Part shown: piece after piece, positions 46,767 to 56,065 of the stretch
Layout: each line of letters opens with the position of its first letter
How positions within the stretch are numbered: position 1 is the stretch's first letter
From: a virus
Lineage: Duplodnaviria > Caudoviricetes
Strand: one strand, 5' to 3'
Virus record (IMG/VR): IMGVR_UViG_2816332137_000001
Location: 3,602-67,601 of that record
Length of the DNA: 64,000 bases
Program-made: the position numbers and the translations under genes
The notes under the pieces: model-generated
Told to the model about the DNA's origin: nothing
The model's database searches: none
Seen by the model: only the letters and a program-made list of their open reading frames with translations

Positions 46767-47696
46767 TTAAATATAGGATTCTAAAGATTTAAAATTCTTC
46801 AAAAATTCTTCGCTTTTTTTATTTTCTAATCCATAAATTTTCATGCAATTATCAATTTGATTTACAACAAGAAATAAACTAATTAATGCAGTTTTAAAAA
46901 TGGTGTTTATACTGAACGAAGGTAATTTATGTGTATTTACCAAATTATTCATGAAACACAAGTATGACTCATTTCTGTGATAAGTTTTTGAAGACATTTC
47001 AAAAAGTGTTATTATTTCATTATCTTTTATAAAATGGTTATTAAAATCTTTTTGAATATTAAAACATAAATTTTTAACGACCATTGTATCGTTTAGAGGT
47101 TTAGAACTTTCATTTAATCCTTTTGAATTAATCTCTTGAATAATTTGTCTTTCATAAGTTGTAATTAAACTTTTACTTGTTTTATTAAAGTTGTAAATTT
47201 TTTTATTATCGTTGAAAATATCTATATAATTATATCTATCTAATTCATCATTTGAGAAGATATTTTTTATTATTTCCTTAAATTTATCATCAAACAATTC
47301 ATCATCTTTTTGATTAAAATATTTATTGAATTCATAATATAAGTTAACATATGCAGAATTTAATATAATGCTTCTAGCTAATATAAAAAGGCTAAATATA
47401 TTACTTCTCGTTAAATAGGAAACTACAGATGAGGATTTGCCTTGATAATAGCATTTAGTAGTAGAAGAGTAATAGTCTCTTAATAGGTCATTTCTAATAG
47501 TATCAAAATATGATATTGATGAAGATAAATCTGAACTCATAAAAATTAGATGCCATTTATTGGCAATCATTTGCTTTTTATTATCATTTACTGAATTAAT
47601 AATATTATCATACTTTATAATATATTCGTTCAAAAATATTTCAGATAATTTAATGAAACGCATTGCATTAATATCTGAATTTACAAATTCCATCAA
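46767..47696 (-). CDS. Helical hypothetical protein, possibly HEPN-like (DUF5677 style)
   Basis: L.RSI...Y and S..YH segments; weak match. Confidence 0.4.
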   Translation of the reverse strand: MMEFVNSDINAMRFIKLSEIFLNEYIIKYDNIINSVNDNKKQMIANKWHLIFMSSDLSSSISYFDTIRNDLLRDYYSSTTKCYYQGKSSSVVSYLTRSNIFSLFILARSIILNSAYVNLYYEFNKYFNQKDDELFDDKFKEIIKNIFSNDELDRYNYIDIFNDNKKIYNFNKTSKSLITTYERQIIQEINSKGLNESSKPLNDTMVVKNLCFNIQKDFNNHFIKDNEIITLFEMSSKTYHRNESYLCFMNNLVNTHKLPSFSINTIFKTALISLFLVVNQIDNCMKIYGLENKKSEEFLKNFKSLESYI

Positions 47697-47724
47697 GAAT
47701 CACCTTTATTTTAATTCATTATTA

Positions 47725-48351
47725 TTAAGTATTTTTATTTAATCTTTTTTCTCTAATCAACCTTCTTTGCTCATTCCCTATAGCCTGCATTCTAATATAG
47801 TAAGAACGATGTCTATACCCAGCCTCATAATATTGAGGTTCATGAATTAATTTAAAAAGTTCATCTGGAGATTTTGCTAATGCTTCTTCAGCTTTTTCTT
47901 TGCCTATGGCTTTAATTGCACCACAAGCATGTGCGATAAAAGCAGGTCTTGCGATTGATGGATTTTTTAAGCATTTTGCTAGTAATCTTCTAGTCCAGTT
48001 ACCAATGCGTTTATCTATATGATAAAGCAAAAAATTAGGCGCGCATTTTAAAGTTGTATCCTTACCTCGCCTATCAACGCTAACTTTTCCACGATTTAAG
48101 ATATGTTGGATCTCTTTTTCAGCAAATTCTGCGTCTTGAATTTTATCAGCTTTAATAAGCATAATAGAAAGACCTTTTTTCTGGCTTTCAGAAAGTTTTT
48201 CCCCATCTTTAAATGAGCAAATAATAGCGGCCACAGCTTCGACAAATTGAGGATCAATTTGCTTCACAGTCTGAGGAATCCGAATTTTACGAAGCTCTTC
48301 TTTAAATTCATTTTTTTGATTTCTGAGATAAAGAGACCTATTTTTGCTCAT
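47725..48351 (-). CDS. Hypothetical basic protein
   Basis: ORF in leftward operon. Confidence 0.6.
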   Translation of the reverse strand: MSKNRSLYLRNQKNEFKEELRKIRIPQTVKQIDPQFVEAVAAIICSFKDGEKLSESQKKGLSIMLIKADKIQDAEFAEKEIQHILNRGKVSVDRRGKDTTLKCAPNFLLYHIDKRIGNWTRRLLAKCLKNPSIARPAFIAHACGAIKAIGKEKAEEALAKSPDELFKLIHEPQYYEAGYRHRSYYIRMQAIGNEQRRLIREKRLNKNT

Positions 48352-48373
48352 TTTAATGCCATTTCTTTAAATT

Positions 48374-48820
48374 TTAAAATTGACCTTCGTCGCATTGAAG
48401 ACAGATAAGCCCCATGCGTCGCCACATGTCGACTACCTGTTTACGATCATCAACGCAAAAGGTCACGTCAAATCTTGGCTGAATGTGCAAATTATAAATC
48501 TCCTCCTTAATCACTGCATCCTGACGATAATCTTGGTCTTTTCTCATTAGTAATAAATCGTAGAATTGATCATGGGTAGCTAGCCATTCCTCGGTTATTG
48601 CCCTTGTAAACTCATTACGACCAGTAACTAATATTATTTTGTGAGAGCCTTTAAAGTTTGTAATAATTGAAGCGCACCATGTATTTAACTTGTCTTGAAT
48701 TATATTTTCATCTTTTAAAAAAGACTTCCAATCCTTTTTTGAGCCTTCAATAAATTTTTTTCTATGTTCGCAATCTGCTAAAGTACCATCCAAATCAACA
48801 ATAATTGCTTTTTGTTTCAT
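48374..48820 (-). CDS. HAD 3'-phosphatase, T4 polynucleotide kinase-phosphatase C-domain type
   Basis: DLDGT, VTGR, LLMR...D.R.D..IKEE, DDR.QVV.MWRR.G..C.Q. Confidence 0.9.
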   Translation of the reverse strand: MKQKAIIVDLDGTLADCEHRKKFIEGSKKDWKSFLKDENIIQDKLNTWCASIITNFKGSHKIILVTGRNEFTRAITEEWLATHDQFYDLLLMRKDQDYRQDAVIKEEIYNLHIQPRFDVTFCVDDRKQVVDMWRRMGLICLQCDEGQF

Positions 48821-48867
48821 TTTATTTTTCCTTGAAAATCAAAATAATCTTTTAATATTTGCATTAC

Positions 48868-49293
48868 TCAAAAGGGAATATCATCTGTAATTGGACTAGA
48901 ATTTGAACAAAATTCCGGCTCCTGATTATTATAATATTCATTATCATTTTGATTTGTACTTTGCGAGTTGCTTTCTAGAAATTGAATCGAGTTACTCAAA
49001 ATTTCTGTTGTATAGCGTTTCTGTCCCTGTTGGTCTTGCCATGAACGAGTTTGAAGTTTTCCTTCAATATAAACGAGACGACCTTTTTTTAAGAACTTGT
49101 GTGCTATTTCTGCCAATTTTCCCCAAAGTATAACTCTGTGCCATTCTGTTTTTTCTTGCTTGATACCCTCTTTGATAAAACTTTCACTTGTAGCAATGCT
49201 AAGAGTGCAAACATTTTGTCCGCTTGTTGTGCTTCTAATTTCTGGATCTTGTCCTAATCTACCAACTAAAATAACTTTGTTCACGCTTGACAT
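48868..49293 (-). CDS. ssb: Single-stranded DNA-binding protein
   Basis: [15 protein letters not shown]...TEWHRV...DDIPF tail. Confidence 0.96.
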   Translation of the reverse strand: MSSVNKVILVGRLGQDPEIRSTTSGQNVCTLSIATSESFIKEGIKQEKTEWHRVILWGKLAEIAHKFLKKGRLVYIEGKLQTRSWQDQQGQKRYTTEILSNSIQFLESNSQSTNQNDNEYYNNQEPEFCSNSSPITDDIPF

Positions 49294-49321
49294 AAATTTT
49301 CCTTTTGTTTATTTTTTTATA

Positions 49322-49663
49322 TTAATTTTTTAAAGCCCAATTTTTACACATTAATATATGTCCATTTTGTGCATCTTTCGGATGATTATAAGCGCTAAAA
49401 TCTAATTCGATATATTCATCAACCTTAGGGCATCCGCATTTTTTAAATTCACCATTAGTTTTAAAGACCTTTGTCTCATAAAATCTTTCATCACCAATTT
49501 CTAAAAATATTTTATTATTTCTATCATACAGCTCTCCGATAGTAGAGATTAAAAATCCATTTGGGAGAAGTGTTGCTAAATTAAAGTCACAGTCATTTGC
49601 GCAAATATGATGTTGATGATGAGCAAGCCAAACCCATTTATCAAATTGATAATTATCGTTCAT
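49322..49663 (-). CDS. Hypothetical protein
   Basis: AAGGA RBS. Confidence 0.6.
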   Translation of the reverse strand: MNDNYQFDKWVWLAHHQHHICANDCDFNLATLLPNGFLISTIGELYDRNNKIFLEIGDERFYETKVFKTNGEFKKCGCPKVDEYIELDFSAYNHPKDAQNGHILMCKNWALKN

Positions 49664-49696
49664 TATATATTCCTTTATTTTTTATTAAATTTTATT

Positions 49697-50272
49697 TTAA
49701 ACTATTGCTAATACTTCTTCTCGGCCCGCTTTTGTTCCGCAAAGCATATCATCGCCTTTTCTGATTGCCTCTGATAAAGCTTTTTTATTAATTATTTTGA
49801 TTGTTTTTTCTTCTATGAATTCTTTAGGAATTAATGTTTCTTCATTTTCGGAAACGACATTTTTTACTTCATTAAAATCAACAAGCCAATTAATCGCTTC
49901 AACTCCGCCTTTATTTCTAATTTTAAATGATTTAATTGAGCCATGAATTTCTCGAATATTATTTTCACGCATTATATCTAATGTTTTTTTATAAATATTA
50001 TCTTGAGCTTTAATAAGTTTTGTTTGTCTCAGTTTGATATCTTTTATCATTTCATCAAAATGATTTATTTGAACATCTAAAGCATCAATTAAAAAAATTC
50101 TTCTATCAGCAGCGGCCCGTGAATTTATTTCAACAGCATCTAGCGAGGGTATTAAATCGTCCGGAATTTCTCCTGCTGTTATCTCAAGGTATTCCATAAA
50201 TTCAGCTAGTTTTTTTTGAGTTTCAGCGAAAGGAATTTTTACAGGAATAATAGCAGTATCTTTTTTTGCCAT
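49697..50272 (-). CDS. Gp157-like coiled-coil protein
   Basis: Coiled coil, IP.EF.....INKKAL.EA...G C-terminus; divergent from bet. Confidence 0.7.
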   Translation of the reverse strand: MAKKDTAIIPVKIPFAETQKKLAEFMEYLEITAGEIPDDLIPSLDAVEINSRAAADRRIFLIDALDVQINHFDEMIKDIKLRQTKLIKAQDNIYKKTLDIMRENNIREIHGSIKSFKIRNKGGVEAINWLVDFNEVKNVVSENEETLIPKEFIEEKTIKIINKKALSEAIRKGDDMLCGTKAGREEVLAIV

Positions 50273-50273
50273 G

Positions 50274-50469
50274 TCGGTTCTCCCTTTGGGAAAGTTTTTT
50301 CATCGTCACTGTGACGATAAAATTATTTTATACTAGATGTAAATTTTTGTCAACGGGTCGATATTATAAAAAATTTCCTAAATTTAATTTGACAAATATT
50401 TTAAATAAATATATTTTAAATTTGTTCCTTAGTCCGTTACATTAACTCAAATCCCAAAGGGAGAATCGA
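50274..50469. promoter_or_regulatory. Second divergent early control region, same layout as 2228-2437
   Basis: Motif copies at 50274-50292 (-) and 50451-50469 (+); TTGACA-17bp-TATTTT at 50389-50417; palindrome ATCGTCACTGTGACGAT at 50302-50318. Confidence 0.7.
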
Positions 50470-50471
50470 AA

Positions 50472-51548
50472 ATGACACTACCAGTTAAAAAAAATGATAT
50501 TCAAAAATCCGCCTCTTCAATCGCAAATTTTTCTCCAGAACAGATAAATGTTCTAAAAAACTCAATAGCCAAAGGCGCAACCGATGAAGAATTAGAGTTG
50601 TTCCTCTATACCTGTAAGAGAACAGGATTAGATCCATTCTCTCGTCAAATTTATTTAATCCAAAGAAAAACAAAAGATGATGATTCAAAAGAGAAAAAAA
50701 GTAATGGAGTTATACAAGTTTCAATTGATGGTTTTAGATCTATTGCTTCGAGAAATCCTGAATACGCAGGACAGACTACAACATTATTTTGTGGAAAAGA
50801 TGGGAAGTGGACAGAAATTTGGACTCAAGAAGAATATCCATTTGCTGCAAAGGTTGGAATTTACAGAAAAGGATATCAAGAAGCAACTTATGCAATAGCA
50901 AAATGGGATTCTTATGTACAATGCTATTGGGTGAAAAATAATCATGGAAAAAACAGCCAAGAGGTTTCTTCTATGTGGAAAAAATTCCCAGAATTAATGC
51001 TAGGAAAATGTGCTGAAGCTTTAGCCTTAAGAAAAGCTTTTCCGAGTGATTTATCTGGGCTTTATACCGCTGATGAAATGGCCCAATCTAATAATGAAGT
51101 TATTGAAGCGCAAGAAGTAAAAGATGAGGCTCAGAAGCCTAAATTACCAAGCACAAAAGAATGGACAGAACAAAATAAAAAAATTACCGAGGTTCAACAA
51201 AAACAAATTGAAGAAGAAGTAAATACTCAGTCAGTCAAAAAAGTTCCTGCACAAGTCGCTCAAGCTCAAAAGGTTCTCGACAGAAAAGAAAAAGCACTTG
51301 AAGCGGAAGTGATTGATAACGAAATTGTTTATAATGGCTCAGAAGATCATAAAAGTAAGTTCAAGGAAATATTCAGATGCTTAAAAATATTTTCTGAGAT
51401 AAAAAATGACATGGAAAAAACAGTAGAGCTAGCTACATATTTTAGCGAGCGGTGCCTTGGTGTTCCGTTGAAACATTTAAAAGAACATCTTATAAATATT
51501 GAAAATGATTACAAAATTAATCATTCCAAAGATATTTCAGCAGCTTAA
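50472..51548 (+). CDS. bet: Phage single-strand annealing protein Bet/RecT family
   Basis: GLDPF.RQIY, SIDGFR.IA, WKK.P..ML.KCAEA.ALRKAFP. Confidence 0.92.
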   Translation: MTLPVKKNDIQKSASSIANFSPEQINVLKNSIAKGATDEELELFLYTCKRTGLDPFSRQIYLIQRKTKDDDSKEKKSNGVIQVSIDGFRSIASRNPEYAGQTTTLFCGKDGKWTEIWTQEEYPFAAKVGIYRKGYQEATYAIAKWDSYVQCYWVKNNHGKNSQEVSSMWKKFPELMLGKCAEALALRKAFPSDLSGLYTADEMAQSNNEVIEAQEVKDEAQKPKLPSTKEWTEQNKKITEVQQKQIEEEVNTQSVKKVPAQVAQAQKVLDRKEKALEAEVIDNEIVYNGSEDHKSKFKEIFRCLKIFSEIKNDMEKTVELATYFSERCLGVPLKHLKEHLINIENDYKINHSKDISAA

Positions 51549-51858
51549 TGCTGCAACCTAGTATTTGAGAGTAATACTCTGATAAAAATAATCGACTATT
51601 TAAGATAAATAAAATGGATATTTTTTCTTATACTTAAGTTTTATAGAAAATGCTTGGTTTTGGAATTTATAATTATTTATTTTAATTAATTTTATAATTA
51701 TAAATTACATACCATTAATAAATATAAATATCTTTATTGATTTATCAAAAAATATGTATATCAATAAACTCAATACAGAAACCTTCTGTATTAAATAAAC
51801 TAAATTATTATTTATTTATATTTTACAAATATAAATTATAATTTTATTTGGAGAAGCA

Positions 51859-52512
51859 ATGTTAAACGAATCGCTAGAAAGATTAAAATTTCTCAGGGAA
51901 GAAATATTAAATTTAAGCCTCAAAGATTTTTGCAGCAAATTCTCACTATCTTATAGCTATATGAGAAATATAGAGTGTGGAGAAAAAGTATTACCAAAGA
52001 GTAAGTCACTAGAAATAACTAAAAAAATTCAAAATTATGGATTTAATATTTCAGATGAATGGATCGAAACGGGCTACGGTTCTTGCCCCATAAGCTCTTT
52101 TTCAATTCTAAAAACTAATAAGTATATTAATTTTGACGATACAAATACAGAACAAAGGCATTGGTTAAAAACCATTTTAACAAGAATATTTCCATACAAA
52201 TATGCATGTATTTCAACAAATGAAATGATGCCATTTTTAAAAAATGGAGACATTGTTTTTGGAGTTAATGGAGACCCTTCAAAGAATTTAGAACGATTGA
52301 ATAATGAAATTGTAATTGCGCGGGTTGAAGATAATTTCACTTATGTAAGAAGACTTCGAATTGTTGAAAATAATGTTTTTTTAGTAGCAGATAATCTTGA
52401 TAAAACAGATGATCCTGTTGTTAAAGTAAATAAAATTAATTGGATATCACCTATAATAATTCATAAAAAGCATGTTGGAAAAATCGAAATATTGGAGAAT
52501 CAAAATGATTAA
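51859..52512 (+). CDS. XRE HTH plus S24-like C-domain repressor (CI-like); catalytic dyad degenerate
   Basis: N-terminal HTH, WI..G.G hinge, NEMMP...GD.V and YVRRL in place of SM.P and KRL. Confidence 0.8.
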   Translation: MLNESLERLKFLREEILNLSLKDFCSKFSLSYSYMRNIECGEKVLPKSKSLEITKKIQNYGFNISDEWIETGYGSCPISSFSILKTNKYINFDDTNTEQRHWLKTILTRIFPYKYACISTNEMMPFLKNGDIVFGVNGDPSKNLERLNNEIVIARVEDNFTYVRRLRIVENNVFLVADNLDKTDDPVVKVNKINWISPIIIHKKHVGKIEILENQND

Positions 52513-53527
52513 AATTAGATATATATATATGGGTGCATTTATCGAAGCATTTGACTTTTGTGTTTATTTAGTGTTTTCTCATGAGCTTTCAAAATTTCTA
52601 CTTGGAAAAGAAAATTTATTTTTATCAATATTGATTTTTTCAATTTCATATATTGCAAGGCCATTTGGTTCTCTTTTTTTTGGAATTTTTGCTAAAAATC
52701 AAAAGAATGGAATCACAACATTTTTAAGAAATTCACCTCTCTGGATTGCAATTCCAACATTTATAATTGCATTTTGTCCAAGAAATGACTTTGGAATATA
52801 TTTACTTTTAATTTGCCGCTTTATGCAAGGATTTATTTTTGGAGGAGAGAGCGGTTTAAGTTTTGTTTTTGCATATTTAAACGTGACTAAATACAAAAAT
52901 ACTGCGATTGCAGCGTTTCTAACAAGTGGTGCCGTTGCTATGGCTGCCTGCTTTATTTTAATTCCTCTAATTCCTTCATTATTTAATTTAGAATCTTGGA
53001 GATTAGCATTTATTATATCAGGAATTTTGAGTTTATTATTTGTTATTATTAGATCCAAGATTCCAAAAGTAAGTAACGAAAAATTTGAAACAAGTTCAAA
53101 AAATGTGAGCGCATTTAAAGCAATTTCATATATAATTATTTATGCTGCTATGTTCAATACAGTCCTAGCCTTTTTAACATCAGGTCAAAAATATATTAGC
53201 TTACCTCTAGCTATGTTAAGCATTTCTTTTTTATCAATTATATTTGGATATATATTTGATAAAATAAATATTCTAAGATTTTTAAAATTAATAAATGCTT
53301 TGGCTATTTTTCTATTGCTTATTTTAATGTACTTTAATTTAAATTTGTTAGCTTTTTTTACAGCATTTATAATGTGCTGTGCGCTAGGCGGCATTTCGAT
53401 TTCTTCAGCTATAAAATATTTGTCAAATAGTAAAAGTTTATATCCAAAATTCGGATTAGTTTATAACACAGTCATGGGAAGCATGGGGGCGTTAGTCCCA
53501 ATAATCAGGGAGGTATTTAAATCATGA
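52505..53527 (+). CDS. MFS transporter (MHS/ProP-like)
   Basis: E.FDF..Y, Y.ARP.G...FG, R..QG...GGE..; start overlaps the repressor stop. Confidence 0.85.
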   Translation: MIKIRYIYMGAFIEAFDFCVYLVFSHELSKFLLGKENLFLSILIFSISYIARPFGSLFFGIFAKNQKNGITTFLRNSPLWIAIPTFIIAFCPRNDFGIYLLLICRFMQGFIFGGESGLSFVFAYLNVTKYKNTAIAAFLTSGAVAMAACFILIPLIPSLFNLESWRLAFIISGILSLLFVIIRSKIPKVSNEKFETSSKNVSAFKAISYIIIYAAMFNTVLAFLTSGQKYISLPLAMLSISFLSIIFGYIFDKINILRFLKLINALAIFLLLILMYFNLNLLAFFTAFIMCCALGGISISSAIKYLSNSKSLYPKFGLVYNTVMGSMGALVPIIREVFKS

Positions 53528-54096
53528 AAGCTGTACCAAGGAAGGCGATATTAAACCCGAAAGAGAAAATGAAAGAATTCACAAAATTTTTCAATTCAAA
53601 AATTGATAAAGAAAAAAAGCTTGGGCTTAACGTTAATATGTTTACAGTCGCTATCAACGATGGCGAAAATAACATAATTTTAACAAATGCTGAACAATTG
53701 GTAAGCATATTTACAGAAAAAGAAATGCACCTATATTGTCCTAAATATAAAAAATTTGATCAGGATAATAAATCATCACTTTTATTGAGTTTAGAAGAGA
53801 TTACAGTATCAAATAAAAGAGAAGTTGAAGCCGTTTATTCAAGGCAAAATTTCGACCAAATTATTAAACCACGCACAACTATTTTTGCAATGTATAATCA
53901 ATATAGCAAAATTTTAAAAAGAAATATTCAAGCTTCGTTCACTATTGGGGTATCAAAAGAAAATTTAGACAAGAATGAATTTTTTTATAAGAATATAATT
54001 AACATTCATGAGATTTTTAATAACAGCTTAAACATAGCTTTAAATATAGATAAGTGTAAAAGAAAAAACATATTAAATACGCTGGAAATTATTTAA
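53524..54096 (+). CDS. Hypothetical protein, possible stand-alone LuxR-type ligand-binding (PAS/GAF-like) domain
   Basis: ATGA-coupled to the MFS gene; alpha-beta pattern reminiscent of autoinducer-binding domains; weak. Confidence 0.4.
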   Translation: MKAVPRKAILNPKEKMKEFTKFFNSKIDKEKKLGLNVNMFTVAINDGENNIILTNAEQLVSIFTEKEMHLYCPKYKKFDQDNKSSLLLSLEEITVSNKREVEAVYSRQNFDQIIKPRTTIFAMYNQYSKILKRNIQASFTIGVSKENLDKNEFFYKNIINIHEIFNNSLNIALNIDKCKRKNILNTLEII

Positions 54097-54149
54097 AAAG
54101 GTGACACGTGTCACCTTCGTTTGATTGCCCTTTGCTATTGATAGTATTA

Positions 54150-54278
54150 AAAAAAAAGAGACACTCTTTAGAGTGTCTCAATTGATTGCTTTAAATTCTC
54201 CGCTAGTTCCTGCCAGAAGTTGATGGAGAATTTCATAACAAATATAGATCTTACGATTTTTAGTTCGAAAGCGCTATA
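54150..54278 (-). ncRNA. Putative antisense (countertranscript) RNA in the rep leader
   Basis: Minus-strand TTGTAC-17bp-TG.TATCAT promoter (54285-54313); terminator GAGACACTC-TTTA-GAGTGTCTC (54158-54179) followed by a T-run on the minus strand. Confidence 0.55.
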
Positions 54279-54338
54279 AATGCAATGATAGCATAGAACT
54301 AAAAGTCGTACAAGATCGTTAATTCAAGGACGATTTAT

Positions 54339-55673
54339 ATGACTACTCAAAATTGTTGTGATCTTTCAAAATCCAAAACCAGAAAAACATATAAAAATAA
54401 ACTAATTTTAAAACCAATGCGGGAAGGTTACACTCACAATCACGCAAAAAATGAAGCTTACAATGGTGGTAGATCTTTAAGGGCAATTTGGACAAATCCA
54501 AATATCACTTCAACTCAAAGTTTAGTTTTATTATGTATTTCTTCACATTTGGATTTTAAAAAAGATTTTAAATCTTGGATAAAAATTTCAATCTCTCAAA
54601 TTGCTTCCGAAACTAAATTAGGCGTAAGAACAGTCCATAAAATCATTTCCGAATTAATAAAATTGGAATATTTAAATAAGCAAAGAAATTTTTCCCAAAA
54701 AACTTTTTTACAAGAGGAAAGTAGTTTTTGCTTAACTAATAAGCTTTTTGATGAGCATGTAAATTATTTACAAAAAAGTTTAGTTCCTACCTCGAATCAC
54801 AATGAGCATGTAAAAGAGTACAAATTTCAAAAATCTCTAAAAAGTAGCAATAAAAAAATTTTACAGTCCGCAACTCCTGCAAAGCAAGTCCGCACACCTT
54901 ACACATCTAATATGCACGACATGCAAAGTAAGGTTGTACGAGATGCAGACATTTTCCCCTTAGATCTTTCCTCTTTAAAACTTTCCCCTCAAAATTCTCC
55001 AATGTGTGAAGAAAAAATTTCACACACAATTGAAAATCCTATTGCTTATAAAAGTAACAACTCAGAATTAAAGCAAGTGGGAATTATAATTTGCGAATTA
55101 CTTAAGCAAAAGCAAAAAAGGAAGTTTATCCCAAATATGGAATGCGAAAGCTTAATAGCTAAAGCTAAGCTTCACCTAGATCTTAACAACTGTGATCAAT
55201 TTTTATCTTTCGCTAAAGCTGCCATAGCTAATGAGCATTACAACAATTTAAATAACTCTAAGAATATCGAAAGTATTTTCATTAATGAAGTAAAAAGTTT
55301 TATTGATAACAAAGAATATATTGCTTCTTTTAAAGCTAAAGAGATTACCGAATGCAAAAAAGAATCAATCGAGCAAATAGCAAATCGTTTTAAAGCACCT
55401 GTGGAGCAATTTTTAGGACAGGCCTTAACCAGTGTTCATGCAAAACAAAATGAGCCTTTAAAAGCTAAAGAAACACGTCAATCAAGTTTAACTGATGGCT
55501 TAAGCGATTCTGCTTTAGCTTGGTACAAAAATTTAGATAGAGCAAATAAAATCATTGTTCAAAAAGAAATCAAAAAGCATGGTCCCGCAAAATTTTCATC
55601 TTTAATTCTTCCAAGCATCAAATCTTATAAAAATTTCGTTACAAGCTTTAAATTTGAAGCGAGGGCAGCATGA
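54339..55673 (+). CDS. wHTH replication initiator-like protein
   Basis: T.T..LVLL.I..H...S.SQIA.ETKLG.RTV.K.I.ELI..EYL (HTH_36-like). Confidence 0.7.
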   Translation: MTTQNCCDLSKSKTRKTYKNKLILKPMREGYTHNHAKNEAYNGGRSLRAIWTNPNITSTQSLVLLCISSHLDFKKDFKSWIKISISQIASETKLGVRTVHKIISELIKLEYLNKQRNFSQKTFLQEESSFCLTNKLFDEHVNYLQKSLVPTSNHNEHVKEYKFQKSLKSSNKKILQSATPAKQVRTPYTSNMHDMQSKVVRDADIFPLDLSSLKLSPQNSPMCEEKISHTIENPIAYKSNNSELKQVGIIICELLKQKQKRKFIPNMECESLIAKAKLHLDLNNCDQFLSFAKAAIANEHYNNLNNSKNIESIFINEVKSFIDNKEYIASFKAKEITECKKESIEQIANRFKAPVEQFLGQALTSVHAKQNEPLKAKETRQSSLTDGLSDSALAWYKNLDRANKIIVQKEIKKHGPAKFSSLILPSIKSYKNFVTSFKFEARAA

Positions 55674-55963
55674 CTATAAATAAAAATTGTTACGTTTGCG
55701 ATTTTCCTGTCCCTTATTCGAAAACTAGAAGTGGAAAGTATTATTGTGAAAAACATCATGTGTGCGCTGTAGAAAAAACAAGAATTCTTAAAAAAAGAGG
55801 ACGCAAAAAATTAGATGAAGAACAAAAGCAATTAAGCATACAAAATAAAAAAGAAAATCAGAGAATATATAACCGTTCTTATTACATTGAAAGGGTCTTA
55901 CCGGAAAGAAACAAAATCGTTAAAAATATTCAAGACAAAAAATCGACACATGGAACTTTTTAA
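55670..55963 (+). CDS. Zn-finger basic protein
   Basis: CYVC...YCEKH; KKRGRKK. Confidence 0.65.
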   Translation: MTINKNCYVCDFPVPYSKTRSGKYYCEKHHVCAVEKTRILKKRGRKKLDEEQKQLSIQNKKENQRIYNRSYYIERVLPERNKIVKNIQDKKSTHGTF

Positions 55964-56065
55964 TTTACTTTTGCAATAGAACTCTTTTATAAAATCGTTC
56001 CTTTAGGAATAACCGAATTAAAAGAGTTCTTAATAAAAAAACATTCCCTAAGGGAGTACCGATTA

